Assembly: GCA_965371575.1 (NCBI GenBank)
Contig: CBDUYZ010000001.1
Span: forward strand, 1 to 49,625
From: an uncultured bacterium
GTDB lineage: Bacteria; Krumholzibacteriota; Krumholzibacteriia; LZORAL124-64-63
Reading direction: 5' to 3'
Length of the DNA: 49,625 nt
The position numbers and the translations under genes were made by a program. Shown in pieces: positions 17,900-27,647 of the stretch (the first letter of the stretch is position 1; each line of letters starts with the position of its first letter). Below the pieces are notes generated by a model. It had not been told where the DNA came from, did not search any database, and worked only from the letters and a program-made list of their open reading frames with translations.

Positions 17900-17946
17900 G
17901 TATAGTGGCCAGGGCGGATCCAACCGCCAAAGGACGAAACGGAACG

Positions 17947-20900
17947 ATGGTCAACACACCCTCCAGGGACAGGAAGCCCGCCTATCCTGCCCTGGCCAGC
18001 AAATTCCACGATTCCCATTCCGAGGAACTGATCAGCGGTTTCTGGCAGAAGGATGACACTTTCCGGCGCAGTATCGCCCAACGGGAAGGTGCGCCGGAAT
18101 GGGTGTTCTACGAGGGCCCGCCGACGGCCAACGGCCTGCCCGGCGTGCACCATGTCATGGCCCGGTTGTGCAAGGACATCATGTGCCGGTTCAAGACCAT
18201 GTCCGGGCACCGGGTGATGCGCAAGGCGGGTTGGGACACCCACGGCCTGCCGGTCGAACGGGCCGTGGAGAAGATACTGAACATCCAGGGCGCCCAGGCC
18301 ATCCAGGATTTCGGCCTGGTGCCCTTCAACGAAAAGTGCCGTGAGAGTGTCTGGAGTTGCAAGGAGGACTGGGACGAATTCACCGAACGTCTGGGATACT
18401 GGGTAGATCTGGACGATCCCTACATCACCTACGACAACAGATACATCGAGACGGTTTGGTGGATCCTGAGCCGGTTCCACGCCGAGGGTCTGCTCTACAA
18501 GGGTCACAAGGTGGTGCCCTATTGTCCGGTCTGCGCCACACCGATTTCCAGCCACGAAATGGCCAACAGCTATCGAATGGTCAGCGATCAGAGTATCTAC
18601 GTCAAACTGAAGGCGACCGACGCGGATGAATATTTCCTGACCTGGACCACCACGCCCTGGACCCTGCCCTCGAACGTGGCTCTGGCTGTCGGCGCCGATT
18701 TCGACTACGTGCGTGTGCGTCACGGCGGCGAGGTACTGATCCTGGCCAAGGCCCTGCTGGAAGTGTTGGATCCCGAAGTGCCGACCGAGGTTTTGGCTGA
18801 GTTCAAGGGCGCCGACCTGCTCGGTCGCACCTACGAACAGCTGCTGCCGTTCGTGTCGCCCGGCGACGAGAGGGCCTTCGTGGTGGTCGAGGCCGATTTC
18901 GTCACCCTCGATTCCGGCACGGGCATAGTCCACCTGGCGCCGGCTTTCGGCGAGGACGACTACCAGATCGGCAAACTGGAAAATCTGGCCTTCTTCAAGC
19001 CCGTGGACGCCAATGGAAAATTCACGGAAGAGGTCGCACCCTGGGCGGGGCTGAACGTCAAGAAGGCCGACCGGGGGATCATCAAGCATCTTCAGGACGA
19101 GGGTAAGCTGCTGCGGGAGGAAACCTACAGCCACGACTATCCCCACCATGACCGCTGCGACAGCCCGTTGATCTACTTCGCCACTCCCAGCTGGTTCATC
19201 AAGACCAGTTCCATGCGGGATCAACTGGTCGCAGCCAACAGGGCGATCAAGTGGGCGCCGCCCGAGGTCGGCAGCGGCCGGTTCGGCAACTGGCTGGCCG
19301 GCAACATAGACTGGAGCCTGAGTCGGAACCGGTTCTGGGGAACTCCGCTGAACATCTGGATCTGCGACGATTGCGGGCGCTTGCACATGCCCACCTGCCG
19401 CGCGGACCTGAGCGAACTGACCGGCCACGACCAGTCGGAACTCGATCTGCACCGGCCTCACGTGGACGACCTCACCTTCGGTTGCACGGGCGGCGGCTGC
19501 TCCGGGACCATGCGGCGGACCAGCGAGGTCATCGACGCCTGGTTCGATTCCGGCAGCATGCCCTTCGCCCAGTACCACTATCCCTTCGAGAACGAAGAGC
19601 TGTTCGAAAGCCAGTTTCCCGCGGACTTCATCAGCGAGGGCATCGACCAGACGCGCGGCTGGTTCTACACCATGCTGGTGATCAGCATCTTCCTGAAGGG
19701 GACCAGCAGCTACAAGAGCTGCCTCGTGAACGAGCTGATCCTGGACAAGAAGGGTAAGAAGATGTCCAAGAGCGTGGGGAATACCATGGACCCCATGGAC
19801 ATCATGCGCACCGAGGGGGCCGACCCGCTGCGCTGGTACATGATCACCTGCAGCCCGGTCTGGACCCCCACCCGTTTCGACAGGGAGGGAGTGAAGGAGG
19901 CCCAGCGCAAGCTGCTGGCCACCCTGGAAAACACCTACAACTTCTTCTCACTCTACGCCAACCTCGACGGGTTCAAGCCCGCGGACGGCGGCGACCAGGA
20001 ACTCGACCATCTGGACCGCTGGATCTTGAGCCGTCTGCAGAGCGTGACCAGGTCGGTGGCGGGCGATCTCGACGCGCTGCACCTGACTCGGGCGGCAAAA
20101 ACCCTTGCCGCGTTTATCCTGGACGATGTCAGCAACTGGTACCTCCGGCTCAGCCGCCGCCGCTTTTGGAAGGGGGAGATGACTCCGGACAAGCGGGCTG
20201 CCTTTACCACGCTCTATTCGGTCCTGGAGGCCGGTTTGCGTCTGTTGGCGCCCTTCATCCCCTTCGTGACCGAGGAGATCTTCCGCGGATTGACCGCCCA
20301 CGTCGATCCCCACGGATCGGTGCATCTCCAGGATTTTCCGGTGGCGGACGAATCCCTGATCGACGAGGAGCTGGAAGCATCCATGATCGTCGCCCAGGCC
20401 GTGGTGGGTCTGGGCCGCAGCCTGCGCCAGGAAGCGGGCCTCAAGATCAGGCAGCCCCTGAGCCGTCTGGTCATGCACGCGGACGATGACCGGGTGGCGC
20501 TGCTGATGGCGGATGAAATCCTGACTGGATATATTGCCGGCGAACTGAACGTCAAGGAGGTGGGCGCGGTCGCCGATCCCCGTGAGGTCGCGAACCTGTC
20601 GGCCAAGGCCAATTTCCGGGCTCTGGGACCCCGGTTCGGTAAGCGTTCTCCCTTGGCGGCCCAGCGCATAGTGGAGATGACGCCGGCGGAAATCATGACC
20701 CTGCGCGCCGAGGGCCGGGTCGTCCTGGATTTCGAGGGGGAAGAAGTCGCTTTCACCTTCGAGGAGGTGATCGTGGCGGAAAAGGGCGTGGGTTCCTTCG
20801 TGGCCGCCGGGGGGCAGGGGCTGACCGTGGCCCTGGATACCACCCTGACCGAGGATCTGCGCCTGGAGGGATTGGCCCGGGAGATCATCAACAAGGTCCA

Positions 20901-21114
20901 GAATCTGCGCAAGAAGAGCGGACTGGTGGTTTCCGACCGCATCGAATTGGCCATAAGCGGGCCGGAAGCCGTTCTGACGGCGGTTTCCCGGTTTTCAGAG
21001 CGGATCGCCACCGAGACCCTCGCTCTGGACGTTGCTTCGGACAGGGAATTGGCTTATAAAGAGACATTCAAGATCGATGACCATGACATCAGCATCGCCC
21101 TGGAGAGGGCCTGA
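17947..21114 (+). CDS. ileS: isoleucine--tRNA ligase (long, type-2-like form)
   Basis: ATG 17947. The motifs PPTANGLPGVHHVMAR (HIGH region), KKMSKSVGN (KMSKS), an editing-domain insertion and WTTTPWTLP are present. The ORF extension back to 17722 overlaps punA and is rejected. Confidence 0.95.
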   Translation: MVNTPSRDRKPAYPALASKFHDSHSEELISGFWQKDDTFRRSIAQREGAPEWVFYEGPPTANGLPGVHHVMARLCKDIMCRFKTMSGHRVMRKAGWDTHGLPVERAVEKILNIQGAQAIQDFGLVPFNEKCRESVWSCKEDWDEFTERLGYWVDLDDPYITYDNRYIETVWWILSRFHAEGLLYKGHKVVPYCPVCATPISSHEMANSYRMVSDQSIYVKLKATDADEYFLTWTTTPWTLPSNVALAVGADFDYVRVRHGGEVLILAKALLEVLDPEVPTEVLAEFKGADLLGRTYEQLLPFVSPGDERAFVVVEADFVTLDSGTGIVHLAPAFGEDDYQIGKLENLAFFKPVDANGKFTEEVAPWAGLNVKKADRGIIKHLQDEGKLLREETYSHDYPHHDRCDSPLIYFATPSWFIKTSSMRDQLVAANRAIKWAPPEVGSGRFGNWLAGNIDWSLSRNRFWGTPLNIWICDDCGRLHMPTCRADLSELTGHDQSELDLHRPHVDDLTFGCTGGGCSGTMRRTSEVIDAWFDSGSMPFAQYHYPFENEELFESQFPADFISEGIDQTRGWFYTMLVISIFLKGTSSYKSCLVNELILDKKGKKMSKSVGNTMDPMDIMRTEGADPLRWYMITCSPVWTPTRFDREGVKEAQRKLLATLENTYNFFSLYANLDGFKPADGGDQELDHLDRWILSRLQSVTRSVAGDLDALHLTRAAKTLAAFILDDVSNWYLRLSRRRFWKGEMTPDKRAAFTTLYSVLEAGLRLLAPFIPFVTEEIFRGLTAHVDPHGSVHLQDFPVADESLIDEELEASMIVAQAVVGLGRSLRQEAGLKIRQPLSRLVMHADDDRVALLMADEILTGYIAGELNVKEVGAVADPREVANLSAKANFRALGPRFGKRSPLAAQRIVEMTPAEIMTLRAEGRVVLDFEGEEVAFTFEEVIVAEKGVGSFVAAGGQGLTVALDTTLTEDLRLEGLAREIINKVQNLRKKSGLVVSDRIELAISGPEAVLTAVSRFSERIATETLALDVASDRELAYKETFKIDDHDISIALERA

Positions 21115-21135
21115 TGCCTGACGGGGAGGGACCCC

Positions 21136-21513
21136 ATGCGAAAAACTGAGCTTCAGAGATTCAGGAAATTGCTCACCGAGGAGAAGGATCGTGTAACCCA
21201 ATCTCTGACCCATCATGAAAAGATCATCAAACACACCGACGACCAATCCGGTCTGGAGGTGGGCAAGGCCCACTCGAACCACATGGCGGATCAGGGTTCG
21301 GACGAATTCCAGTACGAGACCACCATCAAGTTCGCCAACACCGAGGGCCGTTACCTCTACAACATAGAAGAGGCCCTGGGCAGGATCGAGGACGGTACCT
21401 ACGGCAAATGCCAGGAATGCAACAAGGCCATCGGATTGGCCCGCTTGAAACGATTGCCGTACACCCGCTTGTGTATAGAATGCAAGGAGGAGGAGGAGGC
21501 GGGAGCCTTTTGA
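21136..21513 (+). CDS. DksA/TraR-family C4 zinc-finger protein
   Basis: The C-terminal CQECNKAIGLARLKRLPYTRLCIECK is a CxxC-x17-CxxC finger after a coiled-coil region. Confidence 0.8.
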   Translation: MRKTELQRFRKLLTEEKDRVTQSLTHHEKIIKHTDDQSGLEVGKAHSNHMADQGSDEFQYETTIKFANTEGRYLYNIEEALGRIEDGTYGKCQECNKAIGLARLKRLPYTRLCIECKEEEEAGAF

Positions 21514-21992
21514 TGCTCAGCCGAGTCTTTCCGCCCTGGGTATGGGCCCCCCTCGTCTTGATACTCGATTTCGTGACCAAGAGAACGGTGCTGGCCAACG
21601 AGGCGGCCCTGCGCTCCAAGGTCTCGATCATCGGGGATTTACTGCGTTTCATCTACGTCCGCAATTCCGGCTCGGCCATGGGGCTGTTCCCGGTGGGCCG
21701 CGGGGTCCTGGTGGGAGTCAGCGTGGCGGCCTCGGTCTTCCTGATCTACCTCTACCGCTCTACCGATCCCGGGTTGAAGATCCGCCGGGGAGCCATGGCC
21801 GCCATTCTGGGCGGTGCGGCGGGCAACCTGGTCGACCGCGTTTTCTATGGCGGCCACGTGGTCGATTTCATCGACGTGGGTCTCGGCGTCCATCGGTTCT
21901 ACACCTTCAACGTGGCCGATATGGGCGTGACCGTTGGAGGAACGCTCCTGTTCCTGTGTATCCTGTTCGACGGAAATCGGTCCCATGACTGA
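21513..21992 (+). CDS. lspA: lipoprotein signal peptidase II
   Basis: ATG 21513 overlaps the previous stop (TGATG). Motifs DFVTKR, NSGSAMG, GGAAGNLVDR, VVDFIDV and FNVAD(M) are present, with four hydrophobic segments. Confidence 0.9.
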   Translation: MLSRVFPPWVWAPLVLILDFVTKRTVLANEAALRSKVSIIGDLLRFIYVRNSGSAMGLFPVGRGVLVGVSVAASVFLIYLYRSTDPGLKIRRGAMAAILGGAAGNLVDRVFYGGHVVDFIDVGLGVHRFYTFNVADMGVTVGGTLLFLCILFDGNRSHD

Positions 21993-22962
21993 ACCGGATC
22001 CCCAGGAGCGGGTTTTCACCGCGGGACCGGAAGACGATGGACAGCGTCTGGACAGTTTTCTGGTGAAGCGGTGTTCCGACCTTTCCCGCAGCCGAATCCA
22101 CACGGACATGAAGGAAGAACCGGTCTTGGTGGACGGCCGCCCGCGCCCCAAGGGGTTTCGTCTGCGGGCCGGCAGCCGGGTGGTTTTCCGGCCGGGGGTC
22201 AGGCCGGAAATGAAAGCCGTGGCCCAGGATATCCCCCTGGACATCGTCCATGAGGATGAACACGTTCTGGTGATCAACAAGGCGGCGGGCATGGTGGTCC
22301 ATCCAGCCGTGGGTCACCCGGACGGCACCCTGGTCAACGCCCTGTTGCACCATTGTAGGAATTTGTCCGCGGGAGGGGATCCCCTGCGCCCGGGAATCGT
22401 TCACCGCCTGGACCGGGACACTTCCGGGTTGATGGCCGTCGCCCTGACGGACGCGGCCCACAGACACCTGGCGGTGCAACTCCAGGACCGCCGCATGGGA
22501 CGGACCTACCTGGCGGTTTCCTGGGGCCGGTGGAAGCAGGATCAAGACACCCTGACCGGGGATATCGGTCGGCATCCCCGGTTTCGCCAGAAGATGGCGG
22601 TCGTAAATCAGGGCGGTAAGCCCGCGGTGAGCAGGTACCAGGTGCTGGAGGATTTCGGTTTCGCACAGTTGTGCGAGGTTCAATTGGAAACCGGCCGTAC
22701 CCACCAGATCCGGGTCCATTTCGCTCATCGCGGTCATCCCGTGGTGGGCGACCGGATGTACGGGGATGATCTGCGGGCACGCGGCATTCACAATCTCGAC
22801 CGTCGCCCGGCCGACCGTATGGTAAAGGCCGCGGACCGCCAACAGCTGCATGCCGCCGGGTTGCGGCTGGTTCACCCGGCCACCGATGACGTCCTGGAAT
22901 TTTCCGTCGAACCGCCGGCGGACATGGCCGGTGTCTTGGCAATACTCAGGGAAAACACCTGA
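21985..22962 (+). CDS. rluD: RluA/RluD-family 23S rRNA pseudouridine synthase
   Basis: S4-like N-terminus (RLDSFL), then VINKAAGMVVHP, the catalytic HRLDRDTSGL, and TGRTHQIRVH. There is an 8-nt overlap with lspA. Confidence 0.9.
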   Translation: MTEPDPQERVFTAGPEDDGQRLDSFLVKRCSDLSRSRIHTDMKEEPVLVDGRPRPKGFRLRAGSRVVFRPGVRPEMKAVAQDIPLDIVHEDEHVLVINKAAGMVVHPAVGHPDGTLVNALLHHCRNLSAGGDPLRPGIVHRLDRDTSGLMAVALTDAAHRHLAVQLQDRRMGRTYLAVSWGRWKQDQDTLTGDIGRHPRFRQKMAVVNQGGKPAVSRYQVLEDFGFAQLCEVQLETGRTHQIRVHFAHRGHPVVGDRMYGDDLRARGIHNLDRRPADRMVKAADRQQLHAAGLRLVHPATDDVLEFSVEPPADMAGVLAILRENT

Positions 22963-23103
22963 ACTCGCGGGGTGGCGGACGATACCACTTGTGGACAGGG
23001 TGATTCACGTATCCTATGCTGATGCGGCCAATGGAATACGCCGGGTTGGCCGAGGAGCCGTTCCCGGCGGCATGATCCGACTCCTTCAAAAGGGTGAAAG
23101 TGC

Positions 23104-23442
23104 GTGAAGATCAAGGAACGCAAGAGGGATGGCGTGGCCATCCTGGAGATGAGCGGCAAACTCATGGGGGGGCCCGACGCCGAGGCCTTCGATGAGACAC
23201 TCAAGACCCTGATCCACGAGGGCTGTCACAACGTCATCGTGAGCTTGGAACGGGTGAAGTGGGTCAACAGCACTGGCTTGGGAATCCTCATCTCGGGTTA
23301 TACCACCCTCAAGAAAAGCGGGGGAGAGCTGAAACTTCTCAAGGTTTCGGACCGTATCGAGAACATCTTCATCGTCTCGAAACTCTATACCGTTTTCGAG
23401 TCGTTCCAGGATGAGGACGAAGCCGTCCGGAGTTTTTCCTGA
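23104..23442 (+). CDS. STAS-domain anti-sigma-factor antagonist (SpoIIAA/RsbV-like)
   Basis: GTG start. The sequence VAILEMSGKL.....EAFDETL......G..NVIVSLERVKWVNSTGLGILI shows the phosphorylatable Ser context (NSTGLG). Confidence 0.8.
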   Translation: MKIKERKRDGVAILEMSGKLMGGPDAEAFDETLKTLIHEGCHNVIVSLERVKWVNSTGLGILISGYTTLKKSGGELKLLKVSDRIENIFIVSKLYTVFESFQDEDEAVRSFS

Positions 23443-23482
23443 TGCTGATCAGTTACGATGGTTACGATAGCGGGCAGGTGAA

Positions 23483-23908
23483 TTGATCGTGGTGTCCAGA
23501 ATCGAAATCCGACTGCCCAGCAACATGGAATATCTCGGCGTGCCCGATGCCGTGCTGATGGAAATCGGCAGCGACATGGATTGCTGCAAACGGGCCCTGG
23601 AGGAACTCGGAACTTCGGTGATCGAGGCCTGCACCAACGCCATGGAACACGGGAACCAACTGGACGACGTGCTGCCCATCCAGGTGGTCTTCGAAGTGGA
23701 TGGTCTCGATATCACCATCACGGTCCTGGACGAGGGCCCCGGTTTCGACTTCGAGCACTGGATCCCCCCCCAAGAACTCATGCGCAAACGCGGCCGCGGC
23801 ATCCTCATCATGCGCGAATTCACCGACACCCTCGAGTTCGGCCATCACCAGGACGGTCGTTTCATGATCCGTATGGTCAAGAAGCTCGAGCCTTCCGAAG
23901 ACGACTGA
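23483..23908 (+). CDS. anti-sigma regulatory factor, Ser/Thr kinase (RsbW/SpoIIAB-like HATPase_c)
   Basis: N-box EACTNAMEHGN, G1 box DEGPGFD, and GRGILIMREFTD. The start is TTG 23483 or GTG 23489. Confidence 0.75.
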   Translation: MIVVSRIEIRLPSNMEYLGVPDAVLMEIGSDMDCCKRALEELGTSVIEACTNAMEHGNQLDDVLPIQVVFEVDGLDITITVLDEGPGFDFEHWIPPQELMRKRGRGILIMREFTDTLEFGHHQDGRFMIRMVKKLEPSEDD

Positions 23909-23912
23909 AACC

Positions 23913-24347
23913 ATGTCCTGCTATCTTGGACTAGATTACGGCCTGCGCCGGATCGGTATCGCCGCCAGCGACCCCGCAAAGTCCCTGGCCTTTGCTTTGG
24001 GTACCCATGTGGAGGGCCGCGACGGTTCGATCCTGACCCACCTCGGCGAGTTGATCCTCGCCAGGGACGTCACCGGGTTGGTGCTGGGGCTGCCCCTGAC
24101 CGCCGACGGGCGCGAAGGCGACATGGCCGAGCGGGTCCGTAAATTCGCCCGGCGTCTGGCCAGGGAATTCGAGGTGGAGGTGATCCTCTGGGACGAGAGG
24201 TTCTCCAGCGCCGAGGCGGATCGCTGGCTCGGCGGCAGCAACCGATCCGGCAAGGAGGACCGGGACGCCCTGGCCGCCCAGATCATTCTCCAGTCCTACC
24301 TGGACAGCCGGAGCGCAGGGGCCAGGCCCCAGGAGGAGCAGCCGTGA
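23913..24347 (+). CDS. ruvX: Holliday-junction resolvase-like nuclease RuvX/YqgF
   Basis: YLGLDYGLRRIGIAASDP, LVLGLPLTADGREG and ILWDERFSSAEA match the YqgF signature. Confidence 0.9.
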   Translation: MSCYLGLDYGLRRIGIAASDPAKSLAFALGTHVEGRDGSILTHLGELILARDVTGLVLGLPLTADGREGDMAERVRKFARRLAREFEVEVILWDERFSSAEADRWLGGSNRSGKEDRDALAAQIILQSYLDSRSAGARPQEEQP

Positions 24348-25480
24348 TTAAACGCCGGGCCGCCGTGGCGGGGGCCGCCTTCCTGCTGGGTTTGTTGATC
24401 ATTCTGTGGGCCTGGCGGCTGTGGACGGGGCCGGGGCCGCTTTCCGCGCCGAACCGGGAGTCCGTCCCCGGGTCCGCGACGACACTGATGCGGATTCCCC
24501 CCGGCATGACCTTGACCGCCGCCGCGGATTCCCTGGCCGCGCGCGGCCTGCTGAAGCACCCCGCAGTACTTCTGACGGGAGCCAGGTTGACGGGGAGGGG
24601 CCGGGCGTTACGGGCCGGTCTCTACGAATTGCCGGTCGGCGCTTCGCCCCGGGACCTGCTGCAGGCCCTGACCACGGGATCGGTCGTGCAGGTGAAGGTG
24701 ACGATACCCGAGGGTCTGGACGCCGAGGAGATCGCTGACCTCGTATCCGGAGCCCTGGGTTTCTCACGGGAGGAATTTCTGGCCGTGGCCGATTCCCTGG
24801 TGATGACGGCCGCGCGACAGGGACGCCTGCTGAAGGGAGACGAATCAGCGGCTGGAGATTACGATTCCCTGTTGGCGGTCGAGTCGTCCCGCCATCCGCG
24901 GCGCTTCCTGTGGTGTGAGGGGCATCTTGCGCCGGATACCTTCCAATTCGCCGAGGGCACCGGCGCGGCCCAGGCGGCGCGTTTCCTGGTCGCGACCCAG
25001 TGGGCGCGCCTCGATTCGGTGATGGCGGGATCCGGATCCGTCGACGCTCTTGATCTCTCTCGGCAGGAGCTTCTCACCCTCGCCTCCATCGTGGAGGCCG
25101 AGGCCCGTTGCGACGAAGAGCGGCCACTCATTGCCGCGGTCTACGTCAATCGTCTGCGGAAGGAGTGGCGATTGGCGGCGGATCCCACGGTGGCCTTCAT
25201 CCTGCGCAAGAAAGGGAAGCGTCTCTTCTACCGGGACCTGGAAGTCTCTTCTCCGTTCAACACGTACCGCAACCGGGGATTGCCACCCGGACCCATCGGC
25301 AGTCCGGGTCGCGCCGCCCTCAAGGCGGCCGCCCATCCGGATTCCGCCTGCCGGGCCATGTATTTCGTGTCCGACGGCCGGGACGGCCATGTGTTCTCCA
25401 GGACCGCCCGTGAGCACGAGGCGGCCGTGCGGGAATTCCGACGCGCCAGGGCCGCAGACCGCAGCCGCCGGAATGATTGA
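24344..25480 (+). CDS. mltG: endolytic murein transglycosylase MltG (YceG family)
   Basis: GTG overlaps the ruvX stop (GTGA). An N-terminal TM segment is followed by LRAGLYELP, IPEGL, LASIVEAE, YVNRL, ADPTV, SPFNTYRNRGLPPGPIGSPG and YFVSDGRDGHVFSRT..EH. Confidence 0.9.
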   Translation: MIKRRAAVAGAAFLLGLLIILWAWRLWTGPGPLSAPNRESVPGSATTLMRIPPGMTLTAAADSLAARGLLKHPAVLLTGARLTGRGRALRAGLYELPVGASPRDLLQALTTGSVVQVKVTIPEGLDAEEIADLVSGALGFSREEFLAVADSLVMTAARQGRLLKGDESAAGDYDSLLAVESSRHPRRFLWCEGHLAPDTFQFAEGTGAAQAARFLVATQWARLDSVMAGSGSVDALDLSRQELLTLASIVEAEARCDEERPLIAAVYVNRLRKEWRLAADPTVAFILRKKGKRLFYRDLEVSSPFNTYRNRGLPPGPIGSPGRAALKAAAHPDSACRAMYFVSDGRDGHVFSRTAREHEAAVREFRRARAADRSRRND

Positions 25481-25576
25481 CGGAACCGCCTCCCCATTTT
25501 ATTGTTCAGGCGATCCCAAGGGGGTTCGGCGAGTCACGCTGGTTTATTTATTTCTGCGCTGCCGGAGGGAAAGTCG

Positions 25577-25753
25577 ATGGGCTTGGTGAAAAAGTTCTGG
25601 TTGTTGTGGGTTTCGCTGGGCGCGGTCGTTCTGGGCTTCGTCACCCTGGCCGCCGGTATGCTGACGATCGGACCGGTTCTGCTGGTTCTCGGCTATTGCG
25701 TCTTGTTGCCTTTCTTTTTGTGGCGTTCATTCCAGGATAGCGTGGGCGAATAG
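25577..25753 (+). CDS. small (58 aa) two-TM membrane protein, hypothetical
   Basis: ATG follows GGAGGGAAAG and the profile is strongly hydrophobic (LLWVSLGAVVLGFVTLAAGMLTIGPVLLVLGYCVLLPFFLW). The last 10 nt overlap the 5' end of tRNA-Val, which lowers confidence. Confidence 0.4.
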   Translation: MGLVKKFWLLWVSLGAVVLGFVTLAAGMLTIGPVLLVLGYCVLLPFFLWRSFQDSVGE

Positions 25754-25820
25754 TTCAGTTGGCTAGAACGCCTGCTTTACACGCAGGAGGTCACAGGTTC
25801 GAGTCCTGTTTCGCCCACCA
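25744..25820 (+). tRNA. tRNA-Val (anticodon UAC), CCA encoded
   Basis: Manual cloverleaf: acceptor GGGCGAA/UUCGCCC, D arm GUUC-AGUUGGCUA-GAAC, anticodon arm CCUGC-UUUACAC-GCAGG, variable loop AGGUC, T arm ACAGG-UUCGAGU-CCUGU, discriminator A plus CCA. Total 77 nt. Confidence 0.95.
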
Positions 25821-25968
25821 CATAACCCAGATTGACAAATAAATCACGATTACCCAAAAAATCTCTCGATTCGCCCGGAAAACAGGATCGAGTAACCTTA
25901 TTTTACTCATCGAATTTGAAGATTACGATTTTTTCCCCAATTTTCCGCAGAAGACAAAAAATATAGGT

Positions 25969-25997
25969 TGCATCGGCCAGATGTGTATGGTAATCTA
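25969..25997 (+). promoter_or_regulatory. candidate sigma70-type promoter for the dockerin-like gene
   Basis: TTGCAT, a 17-nt spacer, then TAATCT with TGG immediately upstream (extended -10). It lies in an AT-rich intergenic tract. Confidence 0.35.
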
Positions 25998-26109
25998 ATG
26001 ATGTCAAGTGATGGACATGTGAGTGGGAAGGAGAGCTCAACGCAATTGTCAATGTGTCCGCTTGGGTTAGCCACCCTCGCTAGAATGTGCCTTTTTTGGA
26101 GGTGTCCTA

Positions 26110-26787
26110 ATGGTTCTTAGGAAATTCATGGGTATTTTCGCAATTACCCTGATTATTGGTGCCGCTTCACTCGCCATGGCGGGTGTTCCGGACGTGGAGA
26201 ATTGCACTTCTTCCCGGGCCTACACTGGTCCTGAGAAGTTGATGTTACTGGTTGTGCCTGGTGGCTTTGCTGACGCAACGTTCGAGACAGCCTGGGTCTT
26301 TATCACTCCTAATGGAAGTGCTCAGCCTCAGGTAACCCAAGACGCCACCATCTCGGTGACGGTCAAGGATGGCGCGCTTCCGGTCCCCCAGATCATCGAA
26401 TTATATCCCTTCGAGGATATTTGGTTGGTCTGCCCCGGTGTGGGTGCCGAACTCGGACTTATGCCTTGTGCCGGCGGCAACAGCGCAGATTTCGCCACCG
26501 ATGAAATTGGCTATACTGAGTTCAATAACCCGGTGACGGGTGGCGGACAAAGTACCGGAGCCACATCGGTTGTTATCAACGGCAACGCCCTGCCCAACAC
26601 CGTAGACGTCGGCTACCTCAGCCCTGATATTAATGGCGATGGACTTGTGGATCTCGTCGATTTTCAGCAATTCGTGGTTGACTTCACAGGGACGTACAAT
26701 TTCCAAAGCGATTACTTCTACGACGGAGTCGTGGACCTGATCGACTTCCAGAAATTTGCATCCTGGTTCGCATGGGGCTGCATCTAG
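26110..26787 (+). CDS. secreted protein with C-terminal dockerin-like duplicated Ca-binding repeat
   Basis: GGAGG RBS and signal peptide ...IIGAASLAMA|G. The C-terminus carries two related segments, DINGDGLVDLVDFQQFVVDF and DYFYDGVVDLIDFQKFASWF, which fit the dockerin/EF-hand-like D.N.DG..D..D pattern. Codon usage is AT-richer than in neighbouring genes. Confidence 0.6.
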   Translation: MVLRKFMGIFAITLIIGAASLAMAGVPDVENCTSSRAYTGPEKLMLLVVPGGFADATFETAWVFITPNGSAQPQVTQDATISVTVKDGALPVPQIIELYPFEDIWLVCPGVGAELGLMPCAGGNSADFATDEIGYTEFNNPVTGGGQSTGATSVVINGNALPNTVDVGYLSPDINGDGLVDLVDFQQFVVDFTGTYNFQSDYFYDGVVDLIDFQKFASWFAWGCI

Positions 26788-26954
26788 GATCCCCGCGCCG
26801 CACCCGGCTTTAACTGGGTGTGACGGAGGATTCTTGGAAATTCACACCAGTGGGTGGTCCTGCTAGTGCAGGTGGCAGGGCCACGAATATTTCGCCCGCT
26901 TCTTTCTGGGGAAAACACTGAAAGTACCTGCTTGTAACTTCAAGGAGACGCAAC

Positions 26955-27551
26955 ATGAAGAAGTTGTTAGTAATTTTGATGGCAAGTCTGATCGCAACCT
27001 CGGCTTTCGCAGTCATTGATCCTGATCCTAGTTCGATTGGGATCTACTTCGACGAAACCGCCGATGTGAATTGCTTGGATTTTGTCGGTGGGGCGTTGAA
27101 CATATACGTCGTTTGGACCTCACCCCTCATTCCTGCGTTTTTAGGCTATGAGTTTGGGTATTTCATGGACATCGAAGCAGGTGCGTCAATTTTCATGTCA
27201 CAAACCCTTCTGTTCAACGGAGTGACTGAGGGCTTTGACATATTTTCCGGTCAAACAGAGGTAGAGGGTAGTCATGCTGTGGTGTGCGTCGACCCTGTGC
27301 CGACTGGGCCAGCTACGATTATCCATGCGTGGGTGTACCAGATTTTCTCCCCTGGCTACATGAAATGTTTCATCTTCCAGAGCGAGACAATGGGCGGTAC
27401 ATTGCCGCAGGTTCTGGGCACGGAAGAAGATCTGCATCAGCTCAATCAGTCGACCGGCGGCTGGGATGTTCCCGTCGCTACGCTGAACACTAGTTGTGTT
27501 GTGGATAATGAGGAAGCCAGCTTCGGCAGCGTGAAGAGCTTGTTCCGGTAA
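26955..27551 (+). CDS. secreted hypothetical protein, paralogue A, with SFGSVKSLFR C-terminal tail (possible cohesin-like beta-sandwich)
   Basis: AAGGAG RBS and signal peptide MKKLLVILMASLIATSAFA. It shares the blocks IGIYFD / LGYEF and the extreme C-terminal motif with the 29849 gene. Confidence 0.7.
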   Translation: MKKLLVILMASLIATSAFAVIDPDPSSIGIYFDETADVNCLDFVGGALNIYVVWTSPLIPAFLGYEFGYFMDIEAGASIFMSQTLLFNGVTEGFDIFSGQTEVEGSHAVVCVDPVPTGPATIIHAWVYQIFSPGYMKCFIFQSETMGGTLPQVLGTEEDLHQLNQSTGGWDVPVATLNTSCVVDNEEASFGSVKSLFR

Positions 27552-27611
27552 ACACCGGTGTGAGTTGCAGCTTCAGCTGCTGGATCTAGATGGGCCGTAA
27601 ATGGTCCAGGG

Positions 27612-27647
27612 ACCCGGGTGGAATTTCCACCCGGGTTTTTTGTTTTG
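27612..27647 (+). terminator. intrinsic terminator of paralogue A (also the group II intron insertion site)
   Basis: Perfect 11-bp stem ACCCGGGTGGA / TCCACCCGGGT with a 3-nt loop, followed by TTTTTTGTTTTG. The intron 5' GTGCG starts at 27648. Confidence 0.85.

Noticed and set aside
17722-17946. 75-codon upstream extension of ileS.
   Set aside because: It overlaps the 3' end of punA in another frame, and its Arg/Gly-rich translation has no IleRS homology. The conserved N-terminus begins at ATG 17947.
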